Assembly (NCBI GenBank): GCA_034530875.2
Contig: JAVRCJ020000011.1
Span: 64,001 to 128,000, forward strand
Source of the DNA: Nostoc sp. DedSLP01
GTDB lineage: Bacteria; Cyanobacteriota; Cyanobacteriia; Cyanobacteriales; Nostocaceae
Reading direction: 5' to 3'
DNA: 64,000 nucleotides
In this document: positions 29,101 to 38,393 of the stretch, piece by piece
Numbering within the stretch: position 1 is the first letter of the stretch
Layout: every line of letters starts with the position of its first letter
Position numbers and translations under genes: made by a program
The notes under the pieces: generated by a model
Databases searched by the model: none
What the model was told of the DNA's origin: nothing
What the model saw: the letters and a program-made list of their open reading frames with translations, nothing else

Positions 29101-30431
29101 TCTTGCACGTTGGGATGTTGTTCTAAAGCCGTCTCTATTTCATTTAGCTCAATCCGGAAACCTCGAATTTTCTGCTGTTCGTCAACTCGATGTAAGTATT
29201 CCAGATTCCCATCTTCACGATATCTTACCCAATCGCCCGTTTTATAAAGACGAGTATTGCCTGAATGTTGGTGAGGATTGTTAATAAATTGAATAGCTGT
29301 GAGGTCTGGACGATTTAGGTAACTCCGTGCTAAACCTGCGCCAGCAATGTACAACTCCCCTGCGCATCCGACTCCCACCGACTGCAATTGCGCATCTAAA
29401 ACGTAAGTACGAACGTTATCTATTGGTTTACCAATAGGTAAAAACTCGCTGTCTATTGCTACTGCATAAGGGCCAGCCAAATCGCAAACTGTTGTCACTA
29501 CTGTTGCTTCAGTCGGGCCGTAGGTATTTACCAATCGGACATGAGGCTGAGTATGTTTTCGCCAAACTTCTAGCCAGCTAGGTAAGGCGCGTTCGCCGCC
29601 AATTATGACTATGCGTACAGATTTTGGTAATTGTGTGTGCGGTAACTCTGCACAGATTTGATGCCAAAAAGCAGTAGGCAAATCCAGTACTGTCAAATCC
29701 AACTCTTGACAAGCTTCTAGAAATGCCGGAATCGAACGCAGCATCTCTTGAGAGCGCAGTACTAGCGTTGCTCCTTGGGTTAGAGTCGTAAAGATTTCTT
29801 CTATAGATGCATCGAAATTAATTGAAGAAAATTGTAAAATGCGATCGCCTTTGTTAATTCCATATTCTCGACTCACGGATTGGATAAAATTACTCAGCGC
29901 TCCATGTTCGATGCTTACACCCTTGGGTTTGCCAGTGGAACCAGAGGTGTAAATGATATAGGCTAAATTATCTAAATTTGTTACAGATTCGGGGTTTTGT
30001 GTACTTTCTCGAGCAATAGTTTCCCAATCTGCATCTAAACAGATGGTAGTTGCATTGTGGTTCGGCAACTCTGAAAGGTATTTTTGCTGAGTTAATATAA
30101 TCGGAACTTGAGAATCCTCAAGTATGAAAGCAATTCGTTCTTGGGGATAAGTTGGATCGAGGGGAACGTAAGCTCCACCCGCCTTGAGGATTGCTAACAA
30201 ACCAACAATTGTTAAGAGCGATCGCTCCATAAATATACCGACCAACGTTTCAGGTCTAACCCCAAGTTTGCGTAGGTAATGAGCTAGTTGGTTTACCTGT
30301 TCGTTAAGTTCTCGGTAAGTATATTCTTGGGTTGCATACTTAATTGCGATCGCATCTGGAGCTTTGGCTACCTGAGCTTCAAACCAACTATGAATAGATG
30401 AATTGGTAACAATGCTTTCTACTGATAACAT
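26109..30431 (-). CDS. Stand-alone NRPS-like enzyme: A(interrupted by N-MT)-PCP-thioester reductase
   Basis: A motifs YTSGSTGKPKG, YGPTE, YKTGD, KIRGFRIEL, NGKIDR; MT VLEIGCGTG between A8 and A9; PCP FFDLGGDSL; R domain FLTGATGFIG, GYAQSKW, YRPG; no C domain. Confidence 0.95.
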   Translation of the reverse strand: MLSVESIVTNSSIHSWFEAQVAKAPDAIAIKYATQEYTYRELNEQVNQLAHYLRKLGVRPETLVGIFMERSLLTIVGLLAILKAGGAYVPLDPTYPQERIAFILEDSQVPIILTQQKYLSELPNHNATTICLDADWETIARESTQNPESVTNLDNLAYIIYTSGSTGKPKGVSIEHGALSNFIQSVSREYGINKGDRILQFSSINFDASIEEIFTTLTQGATLVLRSQEMLRSIPAFLEACQELDLTVLDLPTAFWHQICAELPHTQLPKSVRIVIIGGERALPSWLEVWRKHTQPHVRLVNTYGPTEATVVTTVCDLAGPYAVAIDSEFLPIGKPIDNVRTYVLDAQLQSVGVGCAGELYIAGAGLARSYLNRPDLTAIQFINNPHQHSGNTRLYKTGDWVRYREDGNLEYLHRVDEQQKIRGFRIELNEIETALEQHPNVQEAIAIVREDVPGDRRLVAYVVPNLAAETTDVFNSSTLENEQIDQWRMIHDSDEFNGVGDRWQSTFNISGWFDSYTGQMIPDVQMQEWVDRTVDRILSLQPRNVLEIGCGTGLMLFRVAPHCQKYLGTDFSQTALNYVQQQLAKPELSLPQVSLYQSPAHDFQAIGSCSFDTVIINSVIQYFPSVAYLMEVLAEAIKVVEPGGCIFLGDIRSYGLLTAFAASIELYQTEDEEPIEVLRHKVEQRLQQEEELTIDPDFFYALGQEYPEIHQVRICIKHGESDNELNRFRYDVILEIGQKASTPINSVWLNWQEQNLSVSSVQQLLQDTKPPILGIRAIPHAKVIADVKTVELLSSSECPKTVGELRQAVNGINQQIGVDPEALCKLSQETGYAIAISYSGANSQGYYDVLLQDNSTNEHYTTPAIPLAQPLASKPWHLYANNPLQSKISHNLVSQLRSDLKGKLPSYIIPSAIVLLNSLPLTVNGKIDRQALPAPSCDRPALEAAFVAPRTDLEQELANLWSGVLGITGIGINDNFFDLGGDSLRTTQLIFQVEKAYQVIVPLIEFLNVPTIAALASLIQRSCTDVQAATERMTLQQLQAEAILDNAIQYRFSQVTQSTEPEAIFLTGATGFIGRFLLYELLQQTQAKIYCLVRAEDISQANQKLRHSLKQHFSSGFEAFYTRIIPVIGDLAQPKLGLTEQQFQTLADSIDAIYHSGANVNLLYPYATLHAANVMGTHEIIKLANSGKSKPLHYISTLDVFESLAAKGVPVIYENDSIVHRNGISGGYAQSKWVAEQLVTSAAARGLPVCIYRPGMVTGHSQTGSCNTTDLISCLIEAMVRLQQAPNLDLTIDMTPVDYVSKAIVHLSRQPQSIGQAFHLVNPQPLAMDDLIQALNTFGYSIQKVPYQQWQTAIKQRQNALAPLASVITEAIADDKCTRLELWLAGTQVFDCSNTIEGLHGAAIECPAADKNLLETYLNYFIESSFLEAPQSNCFSHSI

Positions 30432-31271
30432 TAATTTTTTCCCAGCTAGTTTGATTGTTTAATTTGTAATCGTTGCAGTTTTACTCAGGATATTTAAGTC
30501 AGCTTTTATTTTTGGTAATTAATACAAAAGCTAAAAAAACGAATTTATCAAAATCGAATCAACACGCCATTCTATAAGGCTCTATTTGAGCCTAGCTAGT
30601 AGATAAATCTATCTTGAAATATTGCGTAAATATTCTTTAATATTTACTGTACAAACATTTGAGCTTCTTCAATAAGTAGCCCATTTAAATATTCCACTAA
30701 TTAGTTTTACTTTTATTAGTGCAGTAAAGTTTAGTCTATTCTGATTTTTGAATTATTCTTAATCTTGGCTCTAAATATGACCTGATTTATACTTAAATTT
30801 TATATTTTTTACCTCGATTAAAAATGTTTATGATTTTAACTTGTTACTGAAGTGTGGGAAAAAATAAGTAGTACACGCAGATTTATCATTTATCTATGAC
30901 TTACTTAAGTATTTTTTAATAAAATTAGAAAAAAAATAACTGTAATTCCCCTGAACTTAATAAGCAATTTTGCAATAAATTATACAACGTATTAATTAAT
31001 ACAGTAAAACATAAAGAGTGTGAATTATTACTTGCTGTTTGTTAAAATTTAAGTAAAAAGACTAAAAAGTTTATATTTAATTACCCAAATAATTTATAAA
31101 TTAAAGTACTAAAAAACACTCAGTGATTAAGTACTTGCATGACAAATGTTATGAAACTATGACATTAATAGTATTAACAGCAATCTGATTTGTTAGTTTA
31201 AAAAAAATCATTGCGGCAGTTACAGTATTTTATGGGTCATGCTAAGTGGAAAAACTGATGCAATTTTTGTT

Positions 31272-31313
31272 GTAACAATTATTACTTTAAGCAAACCATA
31301 AAAATAATATCAT
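31272..31313 (+). promoter_or_regulatory. Candidate class II NtcA-activated promoter
   Basis: GTA-acaattat-TAC, 22-nt spacer, TATCAT (-10). Confidence 0.55.
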
Positions 31314-31332
31314 TTTTTGTTACTTAAGATCG

Positions 31333-31533
31333 ATGCTAAATAATAAAATTTATGCATTAGGTTCCGATAAATCAAATTATAACTTCCATTCCAAACCAAA
31401 CACAGTTAGAAAGCATTTTTTAGATGGGGAGTTTGAGGATTTCATGAAGCCAGTTTTCGATATCTTGATGCTTACCATAATCAAGGCGTCGATCGCAAGA
31501 GCAATCGTAATTTTACTGAAACAATTGGAGTAA
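31333..31533 (+). CDS. Candidate 66-aa small protein
   Basis: ATG ORF just downstream of the NtcA-type promoter; hydrophobic/amphipathic C-terminal helix. Confidence 0.45.
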   Translation: MLNNKIYALGSDKSNYNFHSKPNTVRKHFLDGEFEDFMKPVFDILMLTIIKASIARAIVILLKQLE

Positions 31534-31562
31534 AATTACTTAGATAAAGAATTTCAAGCCTT

Positions 31563-31591
31563 GTAGAGGCGTTGTAGTGCAACGTCTCTAC
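31563..31591. repeat. GTAG-type REP hairpin
   Basis: GTAGAGGCGTTGTAGTGCAACGTCTCTAC, same family as the core of 1613-1719. Confidence 0.7.
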
Positions 31592-31681
31592 AACGATAAA
31601 TCAAGAGTTTTAGCGTTTAATCCACATAATGCGTAATTTTGAATTTTGAATTGGAGCAAAGCAACTTGACACTTTCTTTAG

Positions 31682-33973
31682 CTATCGTCCAACGGCAGCT
31701 TGATATAAAGATTGGATAGTTAGTCCATCGGTGGGATATTCAGCTACAGCAAAATTACATGTTACCTGAAAGCGATCGCCATCAAAAGCGGTAAAGATTT
31801 GCTGGCGTAAAGTAGTTAAAATTTCACTCAGGCGATGGTTGATTTCTGTTTTTGTTAACCCAGAAATTCCCACTACAAAATCTCCGTTACCCCAATAACC
31901 TAGCACTTCACCGCTACAAAATGTCGATTGAAATAAACGACTCCATCTTTGTAATACTTGATTGCCAGCTTCATGACCATATTTAATATTAATTTGGCGT
32001 AAATCATTTACGCTTAAAATCGCCAAACAAACAGATTGCTGATTTTTCTCGGCTTGAGTAATTAAATGTTCTAAATTGCGACGAGAATGGAACTGATTCG
32101 CTACTCCAGTTAAAGGATCTTTAGTAGAAAGCGACTGAAGTAAACGGCTGCGTTCTAGGCGATGGGTAATGCGTGCTAATAATTCTGCCCCAACAACAGG
32201 TTTAATCACATAATCATCTCCCCCAACAGCAAACACCTGCTGTACAATTTTGATTTCTCGATGAGCAGTGAGAAACACAATCGGTAATTCTTGCCATTGA
32301 GGATCGGTACGAACTGCTTGACAAAGTTCAATACCGTTGATTTGGGGCATATCTACATCTAAAATCAACAAATCCGGCGTAGTAGATTGCAGTACTTCCC
32401 AGAAACGTAACGGATTGTCCAATGCTGTCATCCGCATCCCCCAAGGTTCTAACATTGGGCGCAGTGCTGCTAAAATCAGGGGGTCGTCATCTACTACCAA
32501 TACATTTATTCGTAAGGAACGAGTACGTTGTAGTAGTTGAGACGAAACATCCCACACCTGAGCCGCTGTCACAGGTTTTACTAGAAAGCCACGCGCCCCG
32601 CACTGAGCAAGAGTGACGCGTTCTACTAACTCATCATTTCCAGCTAGCACCAACACGGGTACGGGTGGAGTACGTGTTGCTAATTCTGATACTAATACTA
32701 AACTTTCTTGGCGCTGCCCTACTTCATCGACATTTAGTACTACTAAATCTGGGGATGTAGTTTGCAAAAAGTTTTTAGCATCCTCTAAATTTATAATTTG
32801 CTGCCAACACATTCCCGTGCATTCAACGAGTTTTTGCAACTGAGAACCTAGTTGTGGATTGGGGTCAATTAATATTAATTGGCTACAAATTTCTTGGGCG
32901 ATCGCTGTAGTTTGATTATCTACCTTTTGCCCCATTTGATGAATTAATTTACCCAAATCTTGAATCAGCGTCAGCAATTGCCGCTTTTCACGTGAAGGCA
33001 AATCCCCATCTTTTCCTAAAATCTGTTCGATTTCCCGCGCTATCTGAGTGCCATTGTCTTGTTCAAACATCCCCAAGACACCAGCTAATTTGTGCGCCTC
33101 CCGTTCTGCGGATTTGCGTAATTCCTGAGTTAAGGTTTTGTTAGAAAGTCCAGCTGCCAATTGTTCCAGCACACCCAGCCGTTGCAACATCAACCCTTCA
33201 TATTGTTTCCACAAGCCACCCATTGCTTGTTGAAACTGCTCCTCAACAGGAGGACTTACAACTTGCGCTTTTTCTTTCTCCCCCTGCTTCCTCTGCTCTC
33301 CTTTTCCGGGATTCAGCCGATATCCCAAACCATATACGTTTTCAATCCAGTCTACGGCTCCAGCTGCTTTTAACTTTTGTCGTAAGTATTTGATGTGTGA
33401 TTTTATAGTTTCTTCTTGGGGCGGATCGTCAAAAGTCCACAAATGCTCAATGATATCGCCGCGACTAAAAACACGCGATGGATTGCGGAGAAATAACTCC
33501 ATTAAGCTGTATTCTTTGGCTGTTAATTCTAGTAGTTTGTTGTTATAGGTGACTTGGCAACTACTCGGATCTAGTCTGAGTGCGCCTACTTCTAGTATCG
33601 AGGTAATGGGGCGATCGCTTCGACGTAATAGCGCCCGTATCCTTGCTTGTAGTTCTCCCAAATCCAAAGGTTTAATCAGATAATCATCTGCACCTGCATC
33701 AAGTCCCTGAATCCGTTCTTGAGTACCATCTTTCGCCGTCATCAACAGAATCGGAGTAAAACACCCGCCAGAACGTAAGCGCTGACACAATGTAATTCCG
33801 TCCATTTTCGGCAATCCTACATCTATGAGCAACAGATCGTAGTTGGCATTTTGGGTGTATTCCCAACCAATTTGTCCGTCTTGTGCTATATCGACAACAT
33901 AGTGTTGTTTAGTCAGAGACTTCAACAAGACACTTGCTAAAATTTCTTCGTCTTCGATTAGCAAGATTCTCAT
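31682..33973 (-). CDS. Multidomain response regulator REC-wHTH-HPt-REC-REC-GGDEF(degenerate)
   Basis: MRILLIEDE/DVGLP/GADDYLIKP; OmpR-type IENVYGLGY; AHKLAG; LDVDMP; DPLTG with WGNGDF replacing GGDEF. Confidence 0.92.
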   Translation of the reverse strand: MRILLIEDEEILASVLLKSLTKQHYVVDIAQDGQIGWEYTQNANYDLLLIDVGLPKMDGITLCQRLRSGGCFTPILLMTAKDGTQERIQGLDAGADDYLIKPLDLGELQARIRALLRRSDRPITSILEVGALRLDPSSCQVTYNNKLLELTAKEYSLMELFLRNPSRVFSRGDIIEHLWTFDDPPQEETIKSHIKYLRQKLKAAGAVDWIENVYGLGYRLNPGKGEQRKQGEKEKAQVVSPPVEEQFQQAMGGLWKQYEGLMLQRLGVLEQLAAGLSNKTLTQELRKSAEREAHKLAGVLGMFEQDNGTQIAREIEQILGKDGDLPSREKRQLLTLIQDLGKLIHQMGQKVDNQTTAIAQEICSQLILIDPNPQLGSQLQKLVECTGMCWQQIINLEDAKNFLQTTSPDLVVLNVDEVGQRQESLVLVSELATRTPPVPVLVLAGNDELVERVTLAQCGARGFLVKPVTAAQVWDVSSQLLQRTRSLRINVLVVDDDPLILAALRPMLEPWGMRMTALDNPLRFWEVLQSTTPDLLILDVDMPQINGIELCQAVRTDPQWQELPIVFLTAHREIKIVQQVFAVGGDDYVIKPVVGAELLARITHRLERSRLLQSLSTKDPLTGVANQFHSRRNLEHLITQAEKNQQSVCLAILSVNDLRQINIKYGHEAGNQVLQRWSRLFQSTFCSGEVLGYWGNGDFVVGISGLTKTEINHRLSEILTTLRQQIFTAFDGDRFQVTCNFAVAEYPTDGLTIQSLYQAAVGR

Positions 33974-34135
33974 CGCACCCGTCCAATATATAACTTGCTA
34001 CCTTACCCACAAAAGATAGTAGACTAAATGGTTAATTTTCTACAACAAGAAAATATAAATAATCTCTTTAACACATATATAGGACTCATATTTGATTCGG
34101 TGAAAAAAACTCAGTACCCTTTTATTCCTTTTTAC

Positions 34136-34247
34136 GGCGTTGCATAATTACGGGATGACTTATCACGCAGAGGCGCTCTAGATGCGTAGAGAATAAGGAG
34201 TTCAAAATTTCAATACATCAAAATTCATCCCCTGATTCAGCAATGCC
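34136..34247. mobile_element. GGCGTTGC-TIR small element
   Basis: GGCGTTGCATAATT...GATTCAGCAATGCC, related to 1613-1719. Confidence 0.6.
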
Positions 34248-34360
34248 CTTTTTACCTGTTCCCTGTTAAGAGTCTCTACGAGTAGTCCAGATTTGAAGAT
34301 TGAACATTAGCCATTAGGTATTAGCAAATGACTAATGACCAATGACTAACGACTAAATAA

Positions 34361-36049
34361 CTAATGACCAAATGTCAATTCGGTACGAACAACTCCAGCC
34401 CTTTCGTGGCGGGCTAACAGTTTAACTGTACTACCTTGGGTTGCACGTACTAACCATTCTACCTTGGCGCGATCGCTGGTAGGGTCGCTTTGTCGCCTGC
34501 CGGGTGCTGAAGGTTTGTAGGCACGTCCTTCTAATTGACCTAACTCTTCACGCAGCTTACCTGTTACTAATGTTGCGCCATCAGGCAATTCAATTTCACA
34601 GATACAACCTCGTACCAGCTTTTTATCCAAGGCTTTTTGAGTGATGTATGTGGGTAACCAGCCTGTATTATGTATAACTAGTTGTACCTTATAAGTATCA
34701 TTACCCAAGTTTTTAACACTAGCTTCATAAATTTCTAAACGAGGCGAAATCAATAAATGCCATACCAGCCACTCAGGGAACAGGGCTATTTCTTTCTCTA
34801 GAAATTCTGGAGGTGGATTTGTCCAAGCGTACATTGTATCCCAACCGCCCAATTCAATTTTTCCGAGTTGGGGATGCTCGAAAGGATACCAATCTATATA
34901 GCCTTTCCCTGCGAGTTTTTCATCGCTCCAGCGCAGCAGTTTCAGGTCATCTTCTAGAGGGTGTTCTCGCCGCCAATCAATGTATTTATATTCAGCGATT
35001 CCGGCTTGGCGCTGGGGACTCCAAACTTCTACTGTCCAGGCAAATAAACCTTGATATTCATAAGCCCAGTCATCGAATGTACCTGTAATTACGTCTTTGG
35101 GGTCATAGCGAAACTCATGAAAAGCAGAAATCGCTGGGTATTGGGTGAGTTCGGTTCCTTTTTCGCCAATGCGTTGGTAGGTGCGGAGATCGTTAACTGG
35201 GAATTCATCATCGGCTAGGTGGGTGTAGGGACGGATGAGGACACCGCTAAAGGTATGAAAAGCGATCGCTCCGGTAATATTTGGATGTGTGGTGATAAAC
35301 TGAACGAGCGATCGGACTTCTGTTTCCGATGTCGGATAGGAACCAGCCCCCGGTTGTTCAAATTCTTGCCGCCACAAAGATGGAAAATTGCGGTTTAAGT
35401 CTAATCCTTCTTTGGTAGGCTGAATCTGAATCTGAACTCCGTCATAATTTTCTATTAATCCTTCTGGCAATAAGCGATAATACTGACCGCCGATTTCTGT
35501 TGGTTCCCTTCGCACCAATAAGCGTGGTTCGCTGGGGCAAACTTTCCAAGCACCGTTAGCATCAGGGATTCGCATCAGCAAAATCCGACCATCGCCATCG
35601 ATGTCTGATATCGCTAAACCCTCGTTGGGTTCTTCATTATATGGATACGGACGGGTACTTGAGCGAATAAATTTCGGCTTGTCAGCTAATGCCAACTCTG
35701 CACCATCGGGGTTAACGCGGGGACAAATGTAGAAAGTGCGCGTATCCAAACAACGGGTAATTTCTGGGTCAGTGCCGTAGGCTGTAACTAATGTTTGCAA
35801 AAAGTACAGACAAACACTCGACGGCGCTAGTTCGGTGGCGTGGATGTTACCATCAATCCAAAGGGCAGGTTTTTCTACATCTAAACCGGTAGCGAAGTTC
35901 GTAACTGTCAATAGCCAGATGTCGCGTTCTTCGTAACTCTTGCCGATGCTTTCGATGCGTATTAATTGCGGAAATTCCTCAGCATAAGCGTGCAGAATGC
36001 CTGTTAAGTCTTCGTAACGGTAGTATTTATCAAACCGAACGTTTGGCAT
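34361..36049 (-). CDS. M14 family zinc carboxypeptidase
   Basis: HATE zinc motif, VNPDG, DLNRNF, FHTFSG. Confidence 0.93.
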   Translation of the reverse strand: MPNVRFDKYYRYEDLTGILHAYAEEFPQLIRIESIGKSYEERDIWLLTVTNFATGLDVEKPALWIDGNIHATELAPSSVCLYFLQTLVTAYGTDPEITRCLDTRTFYICPRVNPDGAELALADKPKFIRSSTRPYPYNEEPNEGLAISDIDGDGRILLMRIPDANGAWKVCPSEPRLLVRREPTEIGGQYYRLLPEGLIENYDGVQIQIQPTKEGLDLNRNFPSLWRQEFEQPGAGSYPTSETEVRSLVQFITTHPNITGAIAFHTFSGVLIRPYTHLADDEFPVNDLRTYQRIGEKGTELTQYPAISAFHEFRYDPKDVITGTFDDWAYEYQGLFAWTVEVWSPQRQAGIAEYKYIDWRREHPLEDDLKLLRWSDEKLAGKGYIDWYPFEHPQLGKIELGGWDTMYAWTNPPPEFLEKEIALFPEWLVWHLLISPRLEIYEASVKNLGNDTYKVQLVIHNTGWLPTYITQKALDKKLVRGCICEIELPDGATLVTGKLREELGQLEGRAYKPSAPGRRQSDPTSDRAKVEWLVRATQGSTVKLLARHERAGVVRTELTFGH

Positions 36050-36603
36050 AAGTAAACCTCAGTATGCACCCTCAGATCGTAATCTACAATATCACCGACG
36101 GAAAACAGGGTGTGAGGTATAGGGAAAGAACGCAAAGTAGGGGCGCAAAGCTTTGCGCCCCTAAAAATTTCTGTACCTTATTTGATTGGAAAGCGCTATC
36201 AGGGAATTTATTAAATAATTATTAACAATATATATAATTCTGAATTTTATGCCTGAAACTCATTAATAAGGAGGCTAAATAATCAAATATAATTTAGCAA
36301 TCTCAGCCTGGAAGTGCTAACTTCTAATCAAAATTTAACAATCAATAATTCAGGAGTCATTCGGCAGAATTCTCTAATTTAATTTTGTGGGAATTGTGAA
36401 TTTAGCTTGCTTTAGTCTTGGAGCAAAAACCGATTTAATTTCTGTGTTGGCTGCGTTCTAAATGCATAATTTTTGAATTCTGTTTTGATACTTATGGCAT
36501 AGACATGGATTAGTCTTTTTCTAGATGCCTGAGATATTTGTCACACATTACTTTAAAAATAAAAACTTTTTACCGCGAGTAATGAAAAACTGGGAGGATT
36601 GCA

Positions 36604-36954
36604 ATGAAATACACTTTTGATATTGTAGGAGTATCTCCACTTTTGCAGTTTTTTAACCACCAACAACAGATTTGGCAACAGCCATCCCGTCACGGCGTAG
36701 AATATTTGGGAATGCATACTTGTACGCTAGATACATTCCTGCAATCTCTAGAATCAGTTCCAGTACAGGGGGGTTGGAATATGGATCGAGTTGTAGATAC
36801 AGTGATTCAGTTTTGGGTGAATAACTCAGACAGTATTCATTATTGGAAACAATGTTTGAGTAATGCAGGTAAAGATAATTTGTTGGTAACAAGGTTGGCG
36901 GATATAACTGCTTTACAAGCTGAATTTGAATCCTTACTAGAAAAAGATATATAG
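36604..36954 (+). CDS. Conserved cyanobacterial hypothetical protein
   Basis: GGAGG SD; MKYTFDIVGVSP...CTLD...FW...L motif pattern recognised. Confidence 0.85.
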   Translation: MKYTFDIVGVSPLLQFFNHQQQIWQQPSRHGVEYLGMHTCTLDTFLQSLESVPVQGGWNMDRVVDTVIQFWVNNSDSIHYWKQCLSNAGKDNLLVTRLADITALQAEFESLLEKDI

Positions 36955-37075
36955 CAGTTCTAAATCCTTGTTAAAAGGGAACAGAAAACGGGCAATAGAC
37001 AAGGAAAAAATCTTCATAATTAAAATTGCATTGGTGTCAAAACGTATAACCGATGTCCCACAAGTAACTGAAGTT

Positions 37076-37181
37076 CCTTGCTCATAGCAAAAGTCATCTT
37101 TAGATGACTGAATTCTTCAATAATCTTTAGTCTACTTCAGTAGACTTGAGCTATTAGCCAGATAATTTATTCTCTGACGGG
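37076..37181. repeat. Palindrome-rich dispersed element
   Basis: GCTCATAGC/GCTATTAGC inverted arms enclosing AGTCATCT..AGATGACT and AGTCTACT..AGTAGACT hairpins. Confidence 0.6.
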
Positions 37182-37634
37182 TGAGGAAGCCAACACTTCT
37201 CAGACATCCTCTGAGAGGTTGAACTCATTCAACGCCTATTAAAAGAACGATCGCTCGTTCTGGTTTTCTAAAATTACCGTGGGATTGAAAGCTATTAGTC
37301 ATTAATACCAATGACCAATGACTAATGGCTACTGACTACTGACTACTGATACAGACTTTACTTACGTGTATCGATCCAATTCCCAGACTTAGTACTTGCG
37401 TGTCGTTTCAGGTTAAGCATTGTTCTATTCTGGAAACTGTTGTAAATTGAAGCTTTGAAGCTGAAAAATGCTTAGAGTTTATAACTTAGTCGTGTCAAAT
37501 ATTGCTCTAAGTATTGACAATTTAAAAATAATCGAATAACAAGGTGGCAGCAGCTTTAAAAAAAAAGCGTTAGTGCATTCCTACCTAGAAACTAATTAAC
37601 GCCCTTCAAGAAAATTCATACGGAAAAGATAATT

Positions 37635-37871
37635 ATGCCAGAAAATACTGAATACAAAGCTTCCAAATCAGGTAATCAGTCTATTGCCTACAAAGAGCGC
37701 CTGAATTCTTGGGCAATAGCTCGTTTACTTCCTGATACGCAACGGGAAATTGTTGCTCGTTTCCGCAGTCGTTCTGATGCAGATGGTTATATACAGCACT
37801 TACGTCAAGAAATTCCCAATGCTTGTTTTATGGTTGTCTTTGATTGTCAACGTGAAGAAGCTGTGAATTAA
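37635..37871 (+). CDS. Small conserved cyanobacterial hypothetical protein
   Basis: WAIARLLP..QR.IVARFRSRSDADG...VVFD family pattern; hairpin GGATGGAG-gaaa-CTCCATCC follows. Confidence 0.8.
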   Translation: MPENTEYKASKSGNQSIAYKERLNSWAIARLLPDTQREIVARFRSRSDADGYIQHLRQEIPNACFMVVFDCQREEAVN

Positions 37872-38393
37872 TCGCGGGTTATTTTGAAGGTTTGGATGGA
37901 GGAAACTCCATCCGATAAAAAAATTCTTGTTTTTCTCTTGTTTTTCTATATGCGCTCTTGAGCTGGAAAATAGAGACTAGCTATAAAGAGCGATCGCTGA
38001 CAAAAATGCTGGCTAAAATTTCATAGGTCTCAATTGACATCCACGCTTCACTTCAAAACCTGAAATCGATTGAGAAAGAGCGCAAAAAGACAAGCACAGC
38101 ACAAAGACATTTATCGCGGGGAACAAGGAATAGGGTTAACTCTGAATATTTAGCTTTTTCCTCAACATTTGTACCTCATTTATCTGGAATTTGCCGTATT
38201 TTCAGTCCTGTGAAAATTTCTGGTTTTCTCGACAGCGTGCAAAAGTTATAGGTCTTGATAGTTAATTTTTATTAAAAAGACAAATTTTTTCTTCAAAGAA
38301 ATTCCGTAATTATACCCTTGCCATTAATAATTTAGATTACTTAAAAGTGAAAGTTAGTATAATAAAACCCTAAAAGTGCTGGAGGGTTAATAA

